From an uncultured Candidatus Saccharibacteria bacterium (GTDB lineage Bacteria; Patescibacteriota; Minisyncoccia; Minisyncoccales; CAYTKG01): 64,000 nucleotides of DNA. Under the pieces are notes generated by a model, which searched no databases, was not told the origin of the DNA, and saw nothing but the letters and a program-made list of their open reading frames with translations. The position numbers were made by a program, and so were the translations under genes. Each line of letters begins with the position of its first letter. Position 1 is the stretch's first letter. The DNA is taken from the NCBI GenBank assembly GCA_964401285.1, contig CAYNXY010000001.1, forward strand, positions 3,342 through 67,341, in the 5' to 3' direction. Positions 40,205 to 50,217 of this stretch are shown here, in pieces.

Positions 40205-40990
40205 TCAGCCCTTCTCCCCGAGATATCTCCTCAGCCACTCTAATATAAAAAGGGTTAGAGCAATCCGAGCCCCCCTACTTTCAAGAGAATGATAAGCATT
40301 TTCAATTATTCTCATCTCCTTATCCGGACTCCCAAGCAATTGGAATACTTCCCGGGCAAACCTCTCAGGTATCTCTTCGTCCTTTTCTCCGTGGATTACC
40401 AAAGTTGGCACTTCGATACGAGATACTACTTCTAACCAATTTCTACTTTCGGCCTCAATCAAATAACGAAGGCCGACTCTTCCTTTCGGGGTATCAAGAT
40501 ACCCCTCTTTCTTCCACAGGCGAAGCTCTTTTGTTCCAAACCATTGTCTGATTAATCGTCTTTGGGCCAAGGCCGGAGAAGCTAAAGCCAAAGCCTTCGC
40601 TTTCTTTAATCTTGCCTGGAATAAAACTCCAATAAGAGCCCCCAGGCTGTGACCTAGAATTGCCACTCTCGTTTCATCGATTCCTCTCTCCTTTACCAAG
40701 AAATTATAGGCGACCTCCAGGTCTGCCACCTCTCTTTCGATACTCATCTCTTGCAATCTACCTTCCGATTCGCCACACCCCGAAAAGTCGAAACGAAAGG
40801 TTGCAAATCCCGCTCTAGCCAAAAATCTGGCCATCTCCACGAACTTTCTTCGAGATTTGCTCTCGCTAAACCCATGGCAGACCAGCAGAACAGGACTCTT
40901 TGTATCTCCCTCTGGTAAACTCAGTACTCCCCACAATTTCTTTCCGTCAAAATTGGGAAAAACAACATGCTCCTCTATTACCCCCTTCAC
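40205..40990 (-). CDS. Alpha/beta-hydrolase fold protein (esterase/lipase-like)
   Basis: Nucleophile elbow GHSLGA, Asp and His later (IHGEKDEEIP...YHSLE); 261 aa. Confidence 0.6.
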   Translation of the reverse strand: MKGVIEEHVVFPNFDGKKLWGVLSLPEGDTKSPVLLVCHGFSESKSRRKFVEMARFLARAGFATFRFDFSGCGESEGRLQEMSIEREVADLEVAYNFLVKERGIDETRVAILGHSLGALIGVLFQARLKKAKALALASPALAQRRLIRQWFGTKELRLWKKEGYLDTPKGRVGLRYLIEAESRNWLEVVSRIEVPTLVIHGEKDEEIPERFAREVFQLLGSPDKEMRIIENAYHSLESRGARIALTLFILEWLRRYLGEKG

Positions 40991-41115
40991 ACCATCCCCC
41001 TTTCAAATATTGAGTATTCTTAAGATCTATATAAAGCCTAACAGAAAAGAATTTAAATTTGAAGTCAATTCCCAAACTTAAAATAGTTTGGAGAACAGAA
41101 CAAGCTACGGTAACC

Positions 41116-42447
41116 TCAATCGACTTCTGGTCTTTTTACCCACAAAAAACTGGTATAATTTTCCTTCAGGTCCTGAAGAGACCGGTCAATAATCTCAAGG
41201 TTGAATTTATCCGCACAAACCTCCGCCGCCAAGACAGCGTAGTTTTTCGGAAGCTCCCCCCTACTCAATGCCCGGGCGCAGTTGGCTTGGTCAATTAAGT
41301 CACCTTCCCCGGAAATTTTTTCAACCCCCGGGTATTTTTGCTCAAGAGTTTTTCGGCACTGAGCCAATGCTTGAGGATGAGAAATAATCGCATTAATATC
41401 CTTTTTCTCGACTTCAGGGTGGACCATAAGACAGTGGTCAATAATTATCTTAAACTGGTCAACAATCCGGCACCGATAACCGCTCAGGGCCTCAATTGTT
41501 TCCTGAACTACCCCGCCGGCAGCGTTTTCCACGGCAAACTGTCCCCTATCAATCTCTCCCTTGTAAAGTTCATCAAGAACTCTTTTGGAAGTAAAAAGGT
41601 ATTTTGTTTTTACGTTTTTAATTTTTTCTCCTTCGCAGTATTCTCTTAAGGCCTGTTCATTAAAACTTCCTTCCCCGCCTTGGATTCCTACCGTAAGATA
41701 ACCAGGGTCCACTCTTTCGGGTAGAAGCTTATTAAAAATCCTGTTTTGCGCTTTACCTACCTCGACCCGCATTTTTTTCGTAAAAGGATTAAAGGTCTGA
41801 AGGTCCCGGAACAACTCCCACGTGTCATTACAAGTTTGTTCCACGATTTCAAGCAACTTCTCATATCCTAAAGTCCCGATAGGGGTGGATTTTAAATCCA
41901 GCTCACCTAAAACTCGCCCGACGTAGTGAGTAATGCCCTGGGAAAATGCAGCTTCCCGGTCGTGCTCTTCCGGGCTCATCTCCACTACCTCAAGCCCCAA
42001 ATCAGAAAAATACTTTTTCCAAAAATTATACTTCTCAGAAGAAACTCTTGTTTTATGCATTACTATCGGTAATCCCTCGAGCCCGCCTTTGGCGCTGTCC
42101 GGGCCGAACATGGGATGGGTATTCATAATTTCCACGTCTTCGGGTAAATTTTTAACCATCTCTCCCGCGGGAAACTTTTTAACAGAAGCAACATCCACTA
42201 CTAAGGTCCCCCCTTTAAGACGTGCAGCAATATTTTTAGTTACCTCCGGGAAAGAAGAAATGGGAACGCACAAAAACAAAGTATCAGCATCAAATAACTT
42301 TTCAAAGTCAACCCAGCTTGCCCCCAAATCCTCTGCCTTCTCTTCTAAATCTTTCTTATCGTAAACTTTAACTTCAAAATCCCGGGCTAAAATCCTAGCC
42401 CACAGGCCGCCAAACCGCCCTAATCCTAAAATAGATACCTTTTTCAT
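41116..42447 (-). CDS. Fusion of prephenate/arogenate dehydrogenase (TyrA) and prephenate dehydratase (PDT) catalytic domains with no ACT or chorismate-mutase domain
   Basis: N-terminal Rossmann GLGRFGGLWARIL plus HPMFGP and SPEEHDREAAFSQGITH (TyrA). The C-terminal half has the PDT pattern GIQGGEGSFNEQALREY...ENYTSFLWV (cf. LGPEGTFS...NxTRFLVL). The protein ends about 10 aa after it. Confidence 0.6.
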   Translation of the reverse strand: MKKVSILGLGRFGGLWARILARDFEVKVYDKKDLEEKAEDLGASWVDFEKLFDADTLFLCVPISSFPEVTKNIAARLKGGTLVVDVASVKKFPAGEMVKNLPEDVEIMNTHPMFGPDSAKGGLEGLPIVMHKTRVSSEKYNFWKKYFSDLGLEVVEMSPEEHDREAAFSQGITHYVGRVLGELDLKSTPIGTLGYEKLLEIVEQTCNDTWELFRDLQTFNPFTKKMRVEVGKAQNRIFNKLLPERVDPGYLTVGIQGGEGSFNEQALREYCEGEKIKNVKTKYLFTSKRVLDELYKGEIDRGQFAVENAAGGVVQETIEALSGYRCRIVDQFKIIIDHCLMVHPEVEKKDINAIISHPQALAQCRKTLEQKYPGVEKISGEGDLIDQANCARALSRGELPKNYAVLAAEVCADKFNLEIIDRSLQDLKENYTSFLWVKRPEVD

Positions 42448-42551
42448 CTTAATTGTTATGCCTCTTGCCTGGAAAGATAATCTTTAAAATAAAAGCAGCC
42501 CGAACGGACCGCTTCATAAAATATTACTTAAGCTAGCATTGATATCTTTTC

Positions 42552-43577
42552 TTATAACCTCCCGCCAATGTATTCAGCAAACCGAGCCAACCTGTAACCG
42601 TAAGCGTATTCATTATCATACCAGGCAATCACCTTAACCAGGTTTTCGTCCTTAACCTCAGGCAGGTCTATCGCTTCGGTGGAGGGAAGATCAACTATCG
42701 CCCCCTCCGTAGTACCAATAATATCGCTTGATACCAAAGGTTCCTCTGTTGCCTTGAGAGTTCCTTTCAGGGTGCCCCTTGAGGCGCTGCGGAAAACGTC
42801 ATTCACCTCCCGGGCTGGAACCTCTTTTTCCAAGCTTGCCACCACCTCAAGAATAGAGCCACAAATTACAGGAACTCGTACTGCAGAAGCAGAAATCCGA
42901 CCTCGAAGTCCGGATAAAATTCTTACCACGGCTTTATCAGACCCGGTGGTAGTAGGAAGAGAATTGACAAGTGCTGAACGAGCACGCCTTAAATCCTTGT
43001 GTGCCCCATCCACTAGATTCTGGCTGGCCGTTACAGCATGCACAGTAAGCATATGGGCCTTAAGCAGACCAAAGGCCTCATCTAAAACACTAACAACCGG
43101 AACAGCACAATTCGTAGTGCAAGAACACATAGCGCTCACCTTGTCTTTTTCCGGGTCAAAATCTTTTTCGTTGACACCCAGCACAAAATGAGGGATGGTT
43201 TCTTCCTTCCCGTTGGCTGAGATAACAGCAAGTTTTGCGCCGGCCTCGATATGTTTTTCTGCATCTTTTTTATGCCTAAAAACTCCAGTGCATTCCAATG
43301 TAACATCAACCCCCATCTTCTCCCAAGGCAGTTCTTCCGGATTTTTTTCTGATAAAAGTTTTATCTCATCCCCCTCGATTAAAAAAGAACCATCTTTTAA
43401 TTCAACCTTCCTTCCAAACGGTCCAAAAGCAGAATCATACCTTAAAAGGTGAGCCAATACCCCGGGGTCGGCCAAGTCATTAATCGCCACAACTTGAACC
43501 CCTAAATCATGCTCATAAATTGCTCTCAAGGTGGCGCGGCCTATCCGCCCAAACCCGTTAATAGCTACTTTCACCAT
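42552..43577 (-). CDS. gap: Glyceraldehyde-3-phosphate dehydrogenase
   Basis: INGFGRIGR, catalytic SCTTNC; 341 aa. Confidence 0.9.
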   Translation of the reverse strand: MVKVAINGFGRIGRATLRAIYEHDLGVQVVAINDLADPGVLAHLLRYDSAFGPFGRKVELKDGSFLIEGDEIKLLSEKNPEELPWEKMGVDVTLECTGVFRHKKDAEKHIEAGAKLAVISANGKEETIPHFVLGVNEKDFDPEKDKVSAMCSCTTNCAVPVVSVLDEAFGLLKAHMLTVHAVTASQNLVDGAHKDLRRARSALVNSLPTTTGSDKAVVRILSGLRGRISASAVRVPVICGSILEVVASLEKEVPAREVNDVFRSASRGTLKGTLKATEEPLVSSDIIGTTEGAIVDLPSTEAIDLPEVKDENLVKVIAWYDNEYAYGYRLARFAEYIGGRL

Positions 43578-43580
43578 GTT

Positions 43581-43823
43581 TTATTCGTTTAAGTTAAGAA
43601 GCTTTTTAATCTTTTTCCGGTCAAAACCGATTACAATTTCACCATCAATATCCACCACCGGAACTCCGCTCTGACCTGATTTTTCTATCATATCCCGTGC
43701 CGCTTCTTTATCACGACCCACATCAACCTCCTCAAATTCTATCCCCTCTTCTTTTAAAAAATTCTTAAGGGTTACACAATAGGGGCAAAATTCAGTAGAA
43801 TAAACAATTATCCTTTTAGCCAT
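43581..43823 (-). CDS. Glutaredoxin (CPYC active site)
   Basis: VYSTEFCPYCVTLKNFL...GVPVVDIDGEIVIGFDRKKIKKLL; 80 aa. Confidence 0.8.
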   Translation of the reverse strand: MAKRIIVYSTEFCPYCVTLKNFLKEEGIEFEEVDVGRDKEAARDMIEKSGQSGVPVVDIDGEIVIGFDRKKIKKLLNLNE

Positions 43824-43847
43824 TGTTTTGTTTTGTAAATACTTAAC

Positions 43848-44936
43848 TTATCCTTCACAACCTCCCCCGCTCGAAGATCCTGAAGCATTCTCCCCGCCAA
43901 AAGAGGGCGCCGGTGCCTCATCAGAAAGTTCTTCCTCGCATTCATCGGGTGCTTCTTCAAAAGCGGAACACAGTACATTCTTAATTGATTCAGGAGTTCT
44001 ATTAAACTCCGGGTTGACGAAACAACTAGCTTCATCTGGACACTGTCCCTTGCTGGAAACGACCCTTACTCCGTTGACCACCAGGGTCGGTGAGCCACTT
44101 ATGTCAAATTGCTCATTAAGTTCGGAGTGGACCTGAAAACGAGGATATCTGTCGTTCAGCCATTTTTCTTTGTTTTCGTAATTCTCTGTCACTTGAAACT
44201 CCTGGTCAGCGCTTTCCGTGCAAGAATCCAATTGACCCGTATCAACTTCAGCCAAAGCTAAACAAGGGCCACTTTCACCGGCTTGCACAAAACAACCAAG
44301 GTAAGAAGCTATTTTATCAGATTGTTCTTTTTGGATACAATATTGCCTCAAGTTTTCATCGATTTCTTTTTTCTCGTGCATCGCATAGTCCACAAAATAA
44401 ATTCCCATATCCATTTTATCCCCTAAAAGATCCCAAACAGGCAACATGGCCTTTTCCACCTGTAGTCCATAAGGGCAATAAGACATCGTGAAAAGTTTAA
44501 CATCCGGAGTTTCCGACTGAGGCAGTTCGGACAAAGCTCCATCTTCTTCTCCTTCTTCCTCCCCCTCCGACTCCGCAGTTTGAGTCACAAACTCATTAAG
44601 GTCCACCCCAGAAGGGAAAAGAAATCGGCCGTCCAAGGTGACATAAGAGGTGAATTCTTGCCCTCCCACGTCCAACTCAAGCTCAAATATACTTTGTTTG
44701 TTTAATTTCTTAACACTATTTACAGAAGCAGGAGTTTCAGGCAATGTTTCCTCAATGTATGCTAGAACCCTTTCTTTTATTTTCTCTTTTGAGAGCTCAT
44801 TCGAGGCGGAAAGTTTAGTCCATGCGAACCACCCGCCGGCAACAAGAGAAACAAAAATTAAAATTACAGGCACGATAAACTTCCAATCCCCTCCTCCTAT
44901 CTGTTTTATTTTTTTCATATTTCTTTTCATCCACAT
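43848..44936 (-). CDS. Membrane-anchored DsbA-like thiol:disulfide oxidoreductase (thioredoxin fold, CPYG)
   Basis: N-terminal TM anchor and a C-terminal DSBA-like domain (FTMSYCPYGLQVEK...GSPTLVVNG); Cys- and Gly-rich tail. Confidence 0.55.
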   Translation of the reverse strand: MWMKRNMKKIKQIGGGDWKFIVPVILIFVSLVAGGWFAWTKLSASNELSKEKIKERVLAYIEETLPETPASVNSVKKLNKQSIFELELDVGGQEFTSYVTLDGRFLFPSGVDLNEFVTQTAESEGEEEGEEDGALSELPQSETPDVKLFTMSYCPYGLQVEKAMLPVWDLLGDKMDMGIYFVDYAMHEKKEIDENLRQYCIQKEQSDKIASYLGCFVQAGESGPCLALAEVDTGQLDSCTESADQEFQVTENYENKEKWLNDRYPRFQVHSELNEQFDISGSPTLVVNGVRVVSSKGQCPDEASCFVNPEFNRTPESIKNVLCSAFEEAPDECEEELSDEAPAPSFGGENASGSSSGGGCEG

Positions 44937-44987
44937 CTAATTAATTAACGACAGTTTCCCCTATTATAAGAGGAATTTTTCCTCTAA

Positions 44988-46214
44988 TCAAGCGCGCTTT
45001 AAAATATTTTCCATAAGCTTCATTTGAGGGAACTTTCCCAATCCTCCGCGCAGGCATGCTTTTTCGGAAAAAACAGAAACCTCATCCTTTCGCCCGCCCC
45101 AAAAAAGAACCGGGCAAGGCTGAGCACAATGCCTTTTCTTAATCGAGCAGGTCGAATGATCACAGGTAATAACAATAAAAATGTCTTGAGGGTTGTTGAA
45201 CTTTTTAATCTCCCAATCAATTTTTTCAATAAAATCTCTTTTCCTTTCATAATCACCGTCTTCGGCTAAACTATCCGTAGCTTTAATGTGAAGAAAAACA
45301 AAATCTTTTCCCCGCAAGGCCTTTTGAGCCTTTTCCACCTTCCCCGCTAAATTCGTATCAATATGTCCGTTTGCCCCCGTCACTTCCAAGACTTCCATCT
45401 TCAAACTATTAGCAACCTCTTTGTAAAGGGTTTTCCCCGCCACACAGGAAGCATCAAGCCCCCATTTTTCTTTAAAAGAAGTTATTTCCCTGCACGAAGA
45501 AGCCCCTCGCAATAAAATACAATTGGCAGGAGGGAGCCCTTCCTTTTTTCTTTTCTCGTTGAGCGAATGGTCTTCTAATAAACTACCCGTTTTTTGCAAA
45601 AATTCATTTAGAACACGGGCGGTCTTTTCCGCTTCAGAAGAGTTTTCAAGCGGTTCAATCTTTTCAAATTTTTGGGAAAGTTTGGAATAAAAAGGGTCGC
45701 CGTCTGAAACCTGCGGGCTCAGCCCCTCTCCTCGTACCACAATCCCCAACCTGTGATCGGAAGCACTTTCAATCAAAAACTCAGCTCCTTCCACTTCAAC
45801 TTTTCTTAGATCATCAATAAACTTTTTAGCATCTTTTGTTTTTATCCTCCCGGCCCTTCTATCCACCACCTCCCCCTTCTCGTTAAGCGTTCCAAAATTA
45901 CCCCGTAATGCCACATCATCTCTTTTTGTTTCAATCCCCGCCCCGCGAGCAGTAAAAAACCCTCTGCGCACACCTAGTTTTTGGGCGTCATACCCAAAAA
46001 GACCAAGATGCCCCTCTTCAGAGGTTGGCAAAGCACCACTAAAAGAAACATCCAAAAGCCCGCACTCGCCCTCCTCTGCCAAATCGTTCATAAATGGGGT
46101 GTGTGCTTCCTCAAGTGGAGTATTCCCTTGAAAATCCGGAATAGGTTCGTCACCCAACCCATCCAAAACAATAAAAAGTATCTTTTTCATTTTTTTATGT
46201 GCAATATCTACCAA
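44988..46214 (-). CDS. apgM: 2,3-bisphosphoglycerate-independent phosphoglycerate mutase, archaeal type (ApgM). The true start is probably the ATG at 46190, as the ORF track begins at a TTG.
   Basis: MKKILFIVLDGLGDEP metalloenzyme N-terminus and the ApgM-type domain order; 400-408 aa. Confidence 0.8.
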   Translation of the reverse strand: MVDIAHKKMKKILFIVLDGLGDEPIPDFQGNTPLEEAHTPFMNDLAEEGECGLLDVSFSGALPTSEEGHLGLFGYDAQKLGVRRGFFTARGAGIETKRDDVALRGNFGTLNEKGEVVDRRAGRIKTKDAKKFIDDLRKVEVEGAEFLIESASDHRLGIVVRGEGLSPQVSDGDPFYSKLSQKFEKIEPLENSSEAEKTARVLNEFLQKTGSLLEDHSLNEKRKKEGLPPANCILLRGASSCREITSFKEKWGLDASCVAGKTLYKEVANSLKMEVLEVTGANGHIDTNLAGKVEKAQKALRGKDFVFLHIKATDSLAEDGDYERKRDFIEKIDWEIKKFNNPQDIFIVITCDHSTCSIKKRHCAQPCPVLFWGGRKDEVSVFSEKACLRGGLGKFPQMKLMENILKRA

Positions 46215-46271
46215 AGCACATTTTATTTAGGTTCAATTTTTAAATCACTTGTGGAAAAGTTGTGGAAAACT

Positions 46272-47435
46272 TTAACTTGGTGCTTCAAAGCTCAAGCTCA
46301 CTGCAAGAAGACGGTTATATTTAGCCACCCTTTCCCCTCTCGCCGGCGCCCCACTCATAATATATTCTGCTCCGACTCCGACCGCTAAATCAGCAATAAA
46401 AGCATCGTTCGTTTCTCCTGACCGGTGCTTGACAAAAACAGTTAAATCATTTTCTTTACCCGCCCGTACTGCCTTTAAAGTTTCCGTTACAGTGCCGATT
46501 TGGTTGGGCTTCGCCACAACTCCCCGAATAAGCTTCCCCCGGGCTGCTTTTCTTATCTTCTCGGGGTTTGTAACAGTCAAGTCATCTCCTATTTTAAAAA
46601 CCCCGGAAGCTTCTTTCCACCCCTCTTCATCTTTTTCCCCAAAAGGGTCTTCCAGAGCCCAAACGGAAAGTTCTTTATAAAAATCAGCCAGCTCCTCTCT
46701 TTTTAGTTTTTGGCCTTCGAAATCGTAAACTCCTTCCCCTTTGTAAAAATGTGAAGCAGCAACATCCAAAATAATTTTATCTTCTTTCCGAGTAAAGGCA
46801 TTAATAACCTCCAACAACTCCTCTGTGCTTCGAGCCGCCGGCGTCATTCCTCCTTCCATCCCCACATTAACCGCACGGGGACCGTATTCTTTTTTTAACC
46901 CGTCGGCCAAATCATTATAAATTTTTATCCCTCTTGCCAACTGCTCCTTAAAATCTTTCCCGGACGGTGCAACCATAAACTCTTGCGTATCCACCTCGCC
47001 ACCACCATGAAGTCCGCCTTCCACAAGTAGTAAAACGGGAGCAGGAAACCTCGGCTCACTTCCACTTATTTTTGCCAAATACTGCCAAAGCTCCATTTTT
47101 TCCTGCTCGGCAAAAGCTCGAGCAAAAGCCATGGAAACAGGTAAAAGAGCATTAGCTCCAAGTCGAGATTTATTTTTTGTCCCGTCCAGCTCTATCAAAA
47201 ATTCATCAACCTCTTCTTGGTCCGATATCTTTTCTTTCTCTAATTTTGAAGCTATTTCTTCATTAACCTTTTCAACTGCATCCTTTCTTTCCACTGCTTC
47301 TTCTTCTCCCCGGGATGTACCCGAAGGACAACTGGCCACAAATTCTCCGCTTTCCGTTAAAAACCGCACTTCAACCGTCCATTCACCCTTGGAGTTTAAA
47401 ATTTTTCTAGCTTTTATCTTTTTAACCTCAATCAT
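46272..47435 (-). CDS. eno: Enolase (phosphopyruvate hydratase), compact 387-aa form
   Basis: SGETNDAFIADLAVGVGAEYI (cf. SGETEDTTIADLAVA). The N-terminal loop diverges (SGTSRGEEEAVE). Confidence 0.8.
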   Translation of the reverse strand: MIEVKKIKARKILNSKGEWTVEVRFLTESGEFVASCPSGTSRGEEEAVERKDAVEKVNEEIASKLEKEKISDQEEVDEFLIELDGTKNKSRLGANALLPVSMAFARAFAEQEKMELWQYLAKISGSEPRFPAPVLLLVEGGLHGGGEVDTQEFMVAPSGKDFKEQLARGIKIYNDLADGLKKEYGPRAVNVGMEGGMTPAARSTEELLEVINAFTRKEDKIILDVAASHFYKGEGVYDFEGQKLKREELADFYKELSVWALEDPFGEKDEEGWKEASGVFKIGDDLTVTNPEKIRKAARGKLIRGVVAKPNQIGTVTETLKAVRAGKENDLTVFVKHRSGETNDAFIADLAVGVGAEYIMSGAPARGERVAKYNRLLAVSLSFEAPS

Positions 47436-47460
47436 TAAAAACTAATGTTACTTTAAAATG

Positions 47461-48375
47461 CTAATCTTCCTCTTTTAAATACTTATAAGCAGCAAGAGCT
47501 GCTTTACTCCCCTCCCCTGCCGCAACAACAATCTGTTTATAAGAAACGTCGGTTACATCTCCCGCAGCAAAAAGCCCTTCTGTTTTTGTCATATTGTTCT
47601 CGGGGTTTATAACAACCTCATCCCAATCATTAAACTCCACTAAATCTTTCAAAAACCCGGTAGCGGGGGTATAACCAATTCCTATAAAAACTCCGGCTAC
47701 TTCAAGCTCCTTCTCTTCCCCCTCCGCCAAATCTTCATAAACTATGGAAGAAACCTTTTCCTCTCCCTTTATCTCTTTTGTTTTGGCTTGCACGAAAAGG
47801 TCAATGTTTTCCCTTTTGCGCACCTTACCTTGAAGAAGTTCGTCCCCCACCGGTTCTTCTCTTATCTCCAGCACATAAACATGTTCGCAATAAGTGCTAA
47901 GCTCCAAAGCGGCTTCCAGCCCGGAATTACCGGCCCCCACCACCGCCACTTTTTTCCCAGAAAAAAGAGGCCCGTCACAAGTAACACAATACCCTACACC
48001 ATGGCCCAAAAGACGTTTTTCACCCGGCACTTCAAGAGGCCTCGGGTCCCGCCCTGTAGCAACAATAACCGCCCCTGCTTTGAACTCATCCCCCTCTTCT
48101 GTTTTCACCCCAAACGTATCTCCTTCTTTTTGAACCCGGCTCACCTTGCGCTCCTCAACCTCTACCTCAAATTCTTGCATGTGTTCCTTGAAGCGGGCGA
48201 TAAGCTCTACTCCCCTTATCTTTTTAAAGCCCGGGTAGTTGCTAACATCAAAGGCCTTCCCAACTTGTCCGACAAAATCTTTGGTAAGAAGCAAAGTTTT
48301 CAATTTTTTGCGAGCCGCATAAATCGCTGCAGTAATACCTGCCGGCCCGCCGCCAATAATAATAAGATCAAACAT
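47461..48375 (-). CDS. trxB: Thioredoxin-disulfide reductase
   Basis: FAD GGGPAGITAAIYAARK, redox CVTCDG and NADPH GAGNSGLEAALEL. Confidence 0.9.
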   Translation of the reverse strand: MFDLIIIGGGPAGITAAIYAARKKLKTLLLTKDFVGQVGKAFDVSNYPGFKKIRGVELIARFKEHMQEFEVEVEERKVSRVQKEGDTFGVKTEEGDEFKAGAVIVATGRDPRPLEVPGEKRLLGHGVGYCVTCDGPLFSGKKVAVVGAGNSGLEAALELSTYCEHVYVLEIREEPVGDELLQGKVRKRENIDLFVQAKTKEIKGEEKVSSIVYEDLAEGEEKELEVAGVFIGIGYTPATGFLKDLVEFNDWDEVVINPENNMTKTEGLFAAGDVTDVSYKQIVVAAGEGSKAALAAYKYLKEED

Positions 48376-49240
48376 GTTCTTTTATCACCTCAGGGATAGT
48401 ACTAATAATATCTGTTGCCGCAAGACCGTCATAAAGCCTTGAAGCAGCACTCCTGCCCGCTTTACCCAAGATGTAAGCCCCCAATTCCCCCGCTTCCAAA
48501 GGCGGAACCCCTCGGCTGATAAGAGCAGCGCAAACCCCCGCCAAACTGTCACCCGTACCGGCAACAGACATATAAGGAGACCCCATTTGAGTCAACACAG
48601 TTTCTTCCCCGTCCGAGATAATGTCGGGTTTCCCTTTAAGTAGAATATTAGCTTTCATCTCTGCCGCTTTCTTTTCCACCAACTCTTGTTTTTCTTCTAA
48701 AGAAAGCCCGTCAACCTTTTCACCAGTTAAAACATAAAACTCGTAAGCATGAGGAGTGATTAAAAAATCTTTCCCGCCAAAAGCATCCTCCCCTCCTTGT
48801 AGTGCATAAATAGCATCCGCATCAATCACTGCACTCACGTCCATCTCAGAAAGATAAGTAAGCAAAGCCTTTTTTGTCTCCTCTGAACGACCAGCTCCTC
48901 CACCGATGACAACACAAATATTCCCTTTTGAAACTTTTTTACCCGCCTCTGTGCGAGCTAAAAGCAAAGGGACATGGTCTTCGGTAAACCAATCTCCCTC
49001 AAGCGGATAAGCTGCTAAATCCGGTGAGAAAGAGGCAATAATATCAGCCGCCCGCTGAGGCGCAAAAACCTGCGCCATATCAGCTCCTGTCCGCAGAGCT
49101 GCCATAGCTGACAGAGCTGGAGACCCAGAATAAAACTGGCCGCCCCCGATAACCATCACCAGTCCGTAATCATATTTAGGGTGGTACTCCCCTTCAACTC
49201 TTTTTTTAAAATATTTTTGAAACAGCTCTTTTTTCTCCAT
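48368..49240 (-). CDS. nnrD: ADP-dependent (S)-NAD(P)H-hydrate dehydratase (YjeF C-terminal / carbohydrate-kinase-like domain)
   Basis: GGGQFYSGSPALSAMAALRTGADMAQV...GTGDSLAGVCAALISRG. Confidence 0.75.
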   Translation of the reverse strand: MEKKELFQKYFKKRVEGEYHPKYDYGLVMVIGGGQFYSGSPALSAMAALRTGADMAQVFAPQRAADIIASFSPDLAAYPLEGDWFTEDHVPLLLARTEAGKKVSKGNICVVIGGGAGRSEETKKALLTYLSEMDVSAVIDADAIYALQGGEDAFGGKDFLITPHAYEFYVLTGEKVDGLSLEEKQELVEKKAAEMKANILLKGKPDIISDGEETVLTQMGSPYMSVAGTGDSLAGVCAALISRGVPPLEAGELGAYILGKAGRSAASRLYDGLAATDIISTIPEVIKEHV

Positions 49241-49293
49241 AATGAGGTTTTTAACTTATTAAATTACACCTCTTCCCTTTTGCAGCTTAAACA

Positions 49294-50190
49294 TTAAATC
49301 TGCTCCCGCAAGAAATCTTTAAGTTCGGGACCGAACCGCGGGTCTTTAAGGGAGAGAAATAAATGAGATTTGAGCCAGTTGAGTTTATTGCCGCAGCGCA
49401 ACCACTCCCCCTTCATTTCATAACCGTAAAACACTTTACCGGCTGTAAGTGCAGCAGCAATCGCCTCGGCAAGAACTATCTCCCCTGTCTCCTCCATCAT
49501 CTTCCCCGCTTTTCTTATCTCGTCCGGATTTTGCAAAAATTCAAATATGGAAGGCAATAAAACATATTTCCCCACCACTGCCAAGTTTGAGGGGGCTTCT
49601 TCCGGCTCCGGTTTCTCCACTATTTTTTTGATTTTATAAAATCGGTTCGCTATGTTTTCTTTTTCCACTACCCCAAAACTTGAAATCTCTTCCCGAGGGA
49701 CAGAATAAAGAGCTACAAGAGAACGTTCGGAACTTTTAAAAAGGTCAATAAGCTGTTTTAACGCAGGTGTTTTAGAGTAGATAAGGTCGTCACCGAAAAG
49801 AAGAGCAAACGGCTCATCTCCTATCTCTTTCTGGGCCTGAAGAAGCGCATGTCCGTCGCCTAACGGCTCTTCTTGAATCACGCGGGTAAAAGAAAATTCT
49901 TTTTTCAACCCCTCTATCTCCTTCACCTCCCCTAAAAGATCTGTCTTCTCCCGTTCTTTCAAAATCTCCTCCAAGGAACCATCTTTCTCAAGATAAGAAA
50001 GCGTTAAGTTTTCCCCGGGAGGGGTTACGAAAATAACCTCCTCGATCCCCGCTCCCTGAAGCTCTTGCAACAAATAGTGGATAACCGGCTTATCCACTAA
50101 AGGCCATAACTCTTTAGGTAAAACTTTTGACAGAGGCAAAAATCTAGTACCTAATCCCCCCAAAAGAACCACCGCTTTTTTAACACTCAT
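49294..50190 (-). CDS. galU: UTP--glucose-1-phosphate uridylyltransferase
   Basis: KAVVLLGGLGTRFLPLSKVLPKELWPLVDKPVIHYLLQE. Confidence 0.8.
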   Translation of the reverse strand: MSVKKAVVLLGGLGTRFLPLSKVLPKELWPLVDKPVIHYLLQELQGAGIEEVIFVTPPGENLTLSYLEKDGSLEEILKEREKTDLLGEVKEIEGLKKEFSFTRVIQEEPLGDGHALLQAQKEIGDEPFALLFGDDLIYSKTPALKQLIDLFKSSERSLVALYSVPREEISSFGVVEKENIANRFYKIKKIVEKPEPEEAPSNLAVVGKYVLLPSIFEFLQNPDEIRKAGKMMEETGEIVLAEAIAAALTAGKVFYGYEMKGEWLRCGNKLNWLKSHLFLSLKDPRFGPELKDFLREQI

Positions 50191-50217
50191 GCTAAATTTA
50201 ACTTACTTTTTAATGTT

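Noticed and set aside
41072-41091. Palindrome CCAAACT-TAAAAT-AGTTTGG between the TyrA-PDT fusion and the alpha/beta hydrolase
   Set aside because: It has a short AT-rich stem and no U-tract, and it occurs once. It could be a weak operator or terminator, but evidence is insufficient to call it.
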